Shown here piece after piece: positions 56,119 to 64,000 of a DNA stretch of 64,000 nucleotides (its first letter is position 1; every line of letters begins with the position of its first letter). The stretch covers positions 43,276,001-43,340,000 of the forward strand of contig OX597814.1 in NCBI GenBank assembly GCA_951406725.2, in the 5' to 3' direction. The position numbers and the translations under genes were made by a program. This DNA is from Octopus vulgaris. Its lineage: Eukaryota. The notes below the pieces were generated by a model, which searched no databases, was not told where the DNA came from, and was given only the letters and a program-made list of their open reading frames with translations.

Positions 56119-57164
56119 TCCAGATAGCGGCAAAACACGAGCAAAACAACAAAACTGTTCTCAGTATTTAAGGAAGCTGACAAATACATACAAGAAATCA
56201 TACCACCTAATAAACATGAAGAAGAAGATGAAGAAACAACAAAAGCTATAAAACAAATGAAATCCAAACTAAAAATAGAACAGCAACGAACCATGATAAA
56301 ACGATGGCAAGAAAAGCCCCTTCATGGTAAATACTGGACTAAACTAAACGCAAAAGAAATAGACAAAGAAAAATCCCAGCAATGGTTGAGAAACTCAGGA
56401 CTCAAAGCAGAAACAGAGGGATTTTTAATTGCAGCACAAGACCAAAGCCTTCCCACCAGAAATTACCAAAAACATGTAAGGAAAAGAAATATTACAAGTA
56501 ACTGCAGAATATGTGGAGATGGACAAGAAATAATAAATCATATTATCTCTAGCTGCCCAGTCTTGGCTAAGAAGGAATATATTCACAGACATGACAGAGT
56601 TGGAGCCTACATACATTGGAAGCTATGCCAACATTATGGAATAACAACAGAAAAAGATGTTATAGGCACACACCAGAAAAGGTCACAGAAAACGAGAAAG
56701 CAACCATACACTGGGATATGCCGATACACACAGATAGAGAAATTAAGGCCAACAGACCAGATATAGTTGTCAGAGACCATGAAGAAAAAAATGCTTTCTA
56801 ATTGATGTATCAATACCGGCTGATGACAACGTGTCTCTAAAAGAAATGGAGAAACTCTCAAAATACAAAGACCTGGAAATAGAGGTAACTAGAATGTGGA
56901 ATCTGAAAACAGAAACAATTCCTATCATAGTAGGTGCATTAGGCATGATAAAAAAATATTCAGACAAATACATAACAAAAACACCAGGACTTACAAACAC
57001 ATATAACATACAGAAAATTGCACTACTAGGCACTGCACACATCCTACGCAGAACACTTTCCATACAATAACCATCAGAGCATCACAACAAATCACAACAC
57101 ATACCCAAGGCACACAGAGCTGTGCTCGGTAGTGAAGTGAAAGCACGCTATAAAAATAAAACTA

Positions 57165-57168
<4 letters not shown>
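56117..57168 (+). mobile_element. R4/Dong-like non-LTR retrotransposon 3' fragment (different family) in (TAA)n
   Basis: ORFs give WQEKPLHGKY..AAQDQSLPTRNY..CRIC..HIISSC..RHD, IHWDMPIHTD..RPDIVVRD and KYKDL..IPIIVGALG; (AAT)n on both sides. Confidence 0.9.
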
Positions 57169-57230
<62 letters not shown>

Positions 57231-57231
<1 letters not shown>

Positions 57232-57412
57232 TCCAAAAATACATTAGGAATGAGAACCCAGGTTCAAAATTTCCCCAAGACACTTGATGAAGGTTGGAGG
57301 GTATATCAGCCGAAACGTTGTGTTAACAACAAAAAAGATGAGGACAAATATCTGTCAGTTGTAAGTAAGATAAATAACGTACATAATTCCTCATCTCTTA
57401 AATATAGAACTG
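57231..57412 (+). mobile_element. Second copy of the hammerhead-bearing SINE body (headless)
   Basis: Homologous to the reverse complement of 55715-55860; starts directly after (AAT)n. Confidence 0.75.
57277..57324 (+). ncRNA. Minimal type I hammerhead (palindromic AACGUU stem III)
   Basis: gacac-UUGAUGA(57284-90)-a-ggttg gagggtatat cagcc-GAAA(57312-15)-cg-UU-gtgtt; the sister copy has canonical CUGAUGA. Confidence 0.7.
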
Positions 57413-58155
57413 TAGTATTTTTAATTCTCCCTACATTTCAAACCTTCTTTTTGTTTCTAAGCGTGACAGTTTTGAAAACCGAAGTTTTTCAGTAATTTCA
57501 TTTCTTATAAAGGCCTGCATCTAAAACGTTTTTTTCGAAATTTAGAAATAATATATTACATTGCTCTTTCTTCACTTAGAATTTACATGCTAGTTATATC
57601 ATTAGCATTGTCTTCTTTTCTTTGGTGCGCAATTCTCGAATGTTCAACCACAACAAAATTGAATGCATGCTTATGTCAATTTTTTTTCGGTTTCCCAGAA
57701 AATCTCTCAGAATTTAGCCACTCACTAAATAAGAGTTTATGGAGGTACATTTAATTAGCAATCAGATACATATTCAAAACTATAGAGGGAAATTAACTAT
57801 GTGTAATATATACCACATCTCTCCTTGAAACAAATTTGGGTCTAGTCTTAACTAGTCAATACGTCTGATGAAACGTAATATAACAGGAGAGTGCTCCCAG
57901 ACTTAAGAAACATACAATATTAGAAAGAGCTAAAAGTTTAAAGACATTTTGCTATGTTATTATTTAATTACTGGGTGCTTCTAACATATTCGAATTGGTA
58001 ATAACATTGCATTTTAATTATCACTGCTTAGCGCTCTCACCCGGTAATTTAATTACGGTGAACCGTCGATTTGCGCTACCAGTCGACTTATTTTGACGGG
58101 AAGAACATAAGAGATATTGTCTCCTTTATCATCTCGCAGAGTCACCATCCGATTT

Positions 58156-58203
58156 CTGTGACTGAAGAGGAGATAACCACTCCGAAATGCTTGCATCTCA
58201 GAG
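58156..58203 (+). ncRNA. Type I hammerhead ribozyme, intact compact core
   Basis: ctgtga-CUGAAGA(58162-68)-ggag ataacca ctcc-GAAA(58184-87)-tgc tt gca-UC(58196-97)-tcagag. Confidence 0.85.
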
Positions 58204-58542
58204 TCAAGATAGGTGGATCTGCGTGTTAGTATGGATGCGTTTAAACCATATGTCTACAGGCAGATATTTTCTCCATGTCAAGACTAAGTGATTACCTTGT
58301 TTTCAAGCCTGAACTGGCTTTTAGCGTATTCCAACCTGTAATAACATTGCATTGTTATTATCGAAATATTCAGAAAGCTGTTGCTATACACATTGATTTG
58401 TTCAAGTCGTAAATATTATTATCAGCCAGCAGTAATATCGCCGTCAATACCGCCTATCTGTACATTATTATTCTCTCTCCCCCTCTCTCTCTCCCTCTCT
58501 CACTCTCTCCCTCTCTCTCACTCTCTCTCTATATATATATAT

Positions 58543-58880
58543 GTTGGGTCACCCCATAAATACTTTTATTTTCAAAATTAAGAGAAACGAAGATCACTTT
58601 TCATCTAAAATATATTCTCCTACATTTACTACAATGCTCTTCCATCTATCTGGTATGCTTGCAAGGCTCCCGCTTCCTAATTCACTTGTCCGTGACGAAA
58701 AATACTCCTCCACTGCTTTTCTCACCCAGTCTACAGAATTCATATTTTTTCCGTCCAAATGATTTTGAAGACAGTGGAATAAATGTTAATCAGATGGAGA
58801 AATGTCCGTCGTGTATAATGAAGCAAAATATGCCGAATATGTCCCCTTTGTCAATTTCAACATAGTTTTGTAAAAATAAT
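58543..58880 (-). mobile_element. Mariner 3' relic with TIR
   Basis: Minus translation DISPSD*HLFHCLQNHLDGK..V..AVEEYFSSR..IPDRWKSIVVNVGEYI matches the mariner C-terminus (PDLAPSDYHLF motif); TA-flanked end at about 58543. Confidence 0.8.
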
Positions 58881-59194
58881 TATTAAAATCGAATTGCACT
58901 CTTTAAATATCGTATTAAGAATAATTCCAGGGTAAAATTACTACCAGCTTTATAGCAAGTTGATGCAGGTATGTCATCTCATCCCACTCCGACTATTATT
59001 TCATCCAATCGACAAAAACGTGTGTGTGAGTGCGCGCGTGCATGTATGTATTTCCAGAACCGTTATATTACGGGAACGTGAACAAAAGAGACCACATAGG
59101 CGCGTGGTCAGTGTATATATCACACAAAAAAAGGCCGTTTACGCGGATTGTGTGATGAATATATTCCGTTACATCATAAGCGGAAAGTGTAACC

Positions 59195-59500
59195 TCTCGA
59201 AAGAGCTGTTCTTCACTCCTGCTCCAGAGCGTCGGCTGTGGGGTCATTCCGAAAAGCCCTATCTGCGACGATTACATCTCAATTGAAGGAGAGGGGCTTT
59301 CTCCGTCCGAGTTGCGGATCCGTGGAATAAGCTGCCAGACGAGATGGTGAAGATGCCGACGACCGCTCGGTTCAAAGTGTCCCTTGACCTCGAGTGGCCT
59401 GAACTCTTTACATGAACACCACCCTGTACATAACTCCATGTCCCCCTACATCGCTGCTTTTTGCTTTTTGCGCCAAAAAATTAACTAACTAACTAACTAA
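59195..59500 (+). mobile_element. CR1-clade LINE 3' end with (TAAC)n tail
   Basis: Translation RLWGHSEKPY..RRGAFSVRVADPWNKLPDEMV..FKVSLD matches the CR1 ORF2 C-terminus; taactaactaac tail at 59481-59500. Confidence 0.8.
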
Positions 59501-59659
59501 GGCCTTTTGGAAGCCGAGCAGATTGGAAAGAGGTGAACTGAAGATTTTGCAGCGACCCGTCCAGAAATTGAAACAAGTTTACGATCATGAGTGTAGCTAA
59601 AGCACATGCCTCTACTATACAAACACACATAAATATATATATATATATATATATATATT

Positions 59660-59909
59660 TAATCAATATAGGGTGGCAAAAAAAATTTTGTAGAATTCTT
59701 TTGCCACCAGCGGCCTAGTGGGAAAAAATTAAATAGTCATAGACCATTTTTAAGTTCAACATCAACAATCAAGGAACGGCCATAATAGGCCATTCACCCA
59801 CTAGAAATAACAGCCAAAGCTTCAACCGCAAATAAAAATTATTTGCGGTTGAAGCTTTGGCTGTTATTTCTAGTGGGTGAATGGCCTATTATGGCCGTTC
59901 CTTGATTGT

Positions 59910-59913
<4 letters not shown>
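59660..59913 (-). mobile_element. Fold-back insertion in (TA)n; perfect 75-bp arms 59761-59835 / 59839-59913
   Basis: 3-nt loop (AAA), unique extension 59660-59760 with a terminal hairpin, TA flanks. Confidence 0.75.
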
Positions 59914-59954
<41 letters not shown>

Positions 59955-59974
59955 TGTATATATATATATATATA

Positions 59975-60046
<72 letters not shown>

Positions 60047-60186
60047 ATGTGTGATTGTGTGTATATGTATGTGTATGTGTGTGAGCATGTATGTGCCTAT
60101 CTCCATTCTTTTTCTATATGTCTCACTCCCTCTCTCTCTCTGTATAAATATATGTGTATATAAATATATATGTGTGTGTATGCATA

Positions 60187-60232
<46 letters not shown>

Positions 60233-61069
60233 TGTGTGTGTGTTTATGTATATTCACTCATTCGATTGTGTTCTTTCTATAGCAAGGGATAGAAATGTCT
60301 CGTCAAGTGAAAGGAATAAAACATATATTTATGCACTTATTGAATTAAATTTCCCATACATCATATATAATGTATGTATATTATGTATATTAAGCATACA
60401 TACAAATATATGCATGCGTACTCACACTAATACATATACCTGCAAACACACACACACAGACATACGCACATGCAAGTGACATAAACGCAGACAAACGCAC
60501 GCATACACGCGCAATGGTAAACGATGTTAACTGAGTCTTCAACTTTCGTCTGTTTGGAGGTTTGTTCAAATAGTAAGTTAGAATAAATAGCATTTGTTAT
60601 TCATACATGAAACACTCTAAAAAATGTACAGAGGTGAGGTGGAAAATAGACTTTTGTGTGATGGCTTCTGTGCTTAGAACATTTGTGCCTGCATTCAAAT
60701 GGTGCTAGTAGTTGGAATCTCAGTTTTTTTTGAAGTTCAAAGGACTTTAAATTGATGTACATTGGGGGATGGTAGCGTCTATAAATAAATTGTGGTCGGA
60801 CAGTTAATTTGTTTCGGATAATATGGCACAGTATCGATATAGGTGGATAATAATACTAATAATAATAATCTGTAGCTAATGGTTAAGGAAAGATAAAAGG
60901 AAGAGGTAAACAGCGTTTTTGAAAAGGGTGTGTCAAGCAGAAGTGTATAGTTATAGTATATGTTTGCTTATGTATGTCTCTTCATCGAGTTATGTGTGGG
61001 TGGGGGGTGGTTAGATAGAAACCGTAGTTTGGTAACATTCGATAGACGCTTTAATACGGGTAAGATAAC

Positions 61070-61104
<35 letters not shown>

Positions 61105-61251
61105 GTATAAGTACATATTTAAATATATATATATATACATTTATGTACACATACATATATACATACATATGTATGTATGTATATATATATATACATACAG
61201 ATGTGTGTATATGTATGTATATATACATGTACACACACATACATACACTAC

Positions 61252-61299
<48 letters not shown>

Positions 61300-61381
61300 A
61301 CCACACACATACACTCACACACATGCACGCAACATTCTCATATATGTATATATTGATGAATTGAATATATACTGATGTATA

Positions 61382-61800
61382 GTGGCGCAAATTTGACTTC
61401 GAAGTAAAACTTTAGCTTCCCAACCGTATGGTATATTGTTCAAGCTTTATATGCAGAATCTTAGCCCTGTACATTCCGCTATGGAACCGGACGGCTGAAA
61501 CACTTTTGAGTCGATTTGGTAGACGAAAATTAAAGGAAGCAAAAATGCCCATCCTATATATACGTGTATGCTAGTGCGCGTATATGCGTGACCTTTTTTG
61601 TGTTCCAGTTTGTCCTCATATACCGATTGATAACCAGTGCTGGATTGCTTATAGCCCCTTAAGTTAGTATTTCGGAGCTAGAAACCGATAGAATAAGTAT
61701 CAAACTCTGAAACAATTAATTCCGGGATCGATTTCATTGAAATATTGAAGGTGATGATCTAGCCTCACGAAGGTCGAATGCTTGAAAGTAGTAAAAGATA
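61382..61800 (+). mobile_element. Old diverged SINE family A relative
   Basis: gatttggtagacgaaaattaaaggaagc..accgatagaataagta..gatcgattt match family A blocks. Confidence 0.6.
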
Positions 61801-62017
61801 ACACATAATGTATATATATATATAAATGTATGTATGTATGTATGCATGCATGCATGTATGTATGCATGCATGTATGTATGCATGCATGTATGTATGTATG
61901 TATGTATGCATGTATGTATGTATGTACGTAAGTATGAACGTAAGTATGTATTATGTATGTGTGTATATATCTATCAATTTATATATATATATATATATGC
62001 ATATATGCATATATATA

Positions 62018-62053
<36 letters not shown>

Positions 62054-62585
62054 ACCATACTTATAAAACACAGATTCGAAGACGTATTTTAAGACATATT
62101 TTGGGTGCGTTCCTCTGCTTTCTATTTTTAGCATGCGTTCATACAGACGTACATACACATGCAGGCGCGCACACACGCATACACATATCCACACACACAT
62201 GTATACATTTATACATGCATACATACATACTGTTGACGTCATAAGAATTCATAAATTTTCGAGTGAGCTTGAATAATTCCCTTTTGAAATATTAACACAC
62301 GAGGCACATCACATACAGCTATAAACATTGCCATGAAAATATATCGTTTTAAAAATCTTTTTGATACTAAAGGTTAAAGGCTGCCCGTGTAAAATGAACA
62401 CGCATCTGCTATAGACCTGACAGTGGAAGAATTTCTTTCTATACTTTTTTGTAACTTTATTCCTACCAGCAAGTGATGTATGCAGTTCACGTCATCAGAA
62501 CTTGCAATCTTTTGCTAGAATGTGAAATAATTCTTGTTTAGAATATTGGCTCTCAAGAGAGACAGAGAGATGAACAGAATTGGGT

Positions 62586-62620
62586 AGATAGAGAGAAAGA
62601 AAGATAGATAGATAGAAAGG

Positions 62621-62682
<62 letters not shown>
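62586..62682. repeat. (GATA)n microsatellite
   Basis: Direct reading. Confidence 0.95.
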
Positions 62683-62753
62683 TATGCATATATACAAACA
62701 TACATACATACAGAAAAACAGATAGACATGTGCATGCGTGTGTGTCTCTATAT

Positions 62754-62811
<58 letters not shown>

Positions 62812-64000
62812 TTGTATGTATGTATATGTGCATTTAGACCGATATCTAATTACTTGACAATTTGAATATCAAACTATATATTACATTGCATCTCTTGCTC
62901 ACCGTCTCTCCTTTCTCTTGCTCTCGGTTTATCTCCCTTTCGCTCTCTTTTTTGCTATGAACGTATGTGTGACTGCATTTGTGTATATACTCGTACACGC
63001 ACGCACTATACACTCACACATATGATCAAACATATAATGAGTGGTCTCCGCATATATTTTGGCTAATGTTGGCTCACAAGAAGAATCATATCTGAAAGCC
63101 AAAAATATCAGGGTAATTATAGCCAAGACAGTGTGCTGACACCGATAGTTTCATTTCAAGGCGTCATTTACTTTTTACCGTTCTTTTTATAACTTGTATA
63201 TTAGTCTGCTTATTCAGCAATTCAATAAAAATAACATTTTTATCGCCATCAAAATTTTATTAAATTTAATCACCGCACCTATTATGCTAAGTAAATTCTT
63301 TTGGCCTTGTTTTATGTATACTTTTTATTAGTCCTTTCACTCTTCAGAATATTGACTGTTGTATTATGTTGTTGCTTTCATTTTAGCTACTTTTATTGCG
63401 TCGATTACAAAATGAATTATATTAGAGACCTATAATTAAATTATGAGGCCGTGCCAGTGACAAGCTTTAACAACTGGCAAACATCAACAATATTATATTC
63501 AAAGTCTTCAATATCAACTGAATTAACCGTTATGAATTTTCATGACTTGTTTAACAACGCCAGTAAGAAACATATTGAATCGCTAAGAAAAGATATTGGA
63601 AACACATCACCTATGTATTAAAATTTCACGCTGGTGTTTACACACTAAAATCCGCAATATTTTCTAAATAACAACAATGTTGTGGCTACGTTTTGTGTTC
63701 AGTTTATGTTCTTGTAAGGATTATGCTGGGGTTGTTTATTGGTATATACATTATGCCTCGCAGTAAAACATTATATGGTTATTTAAATTCAAAGTGCTCT
63801 CAGAGATACATGAATACTAAATTCGATAGACTACCTTTTAGTACCTATACCTTATATGAAATTTGATATAATGAAAGCCCGGGAATAACGTGGGAATCGC
63901 AACAGTTATAAGAACATTAAGTACAATAACAATGAAAAATCCATATGTAGGAAATGAATATTGCAACACATACAAACTCTAATAACATTGGCTTTGAATT

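Overview
AT-rich, microsatellite-saturated eukaryotic non-coding DNA. The SINE families and the repeat landscape resemble coleoid cephalopod (octopus) genomes; this is recognition, not a database result. I could not support any intact host protein-coding gene, and most listed ORFs are microsatellite translations. The window holds several tRNA-derived SINE families, three 5'-truncated R4/Dong-like RLE retrotransposons in (TAA)n, RTE and CR1 LINE 3' ends, mariner and Chapaev3-like transposase relics, non-autonomous Helitrons and Penelope-like (PLE) remnants. The most notable signal is about 11 type I hammerhead ribozyme (HHR) motifs, read and folded by eye. They sit in three kinds of small non-coding retroelement: (i) fold-back palindromes embedded in (TA)n tracts, (ii) partial-tandem units with 340-bp and 496-bp periods that resemble retrozymes or pseudo-LTRs (pLTRs), and (iii) a chimeric element made of a tRNA head, (AAT)n and a minimal HHR.
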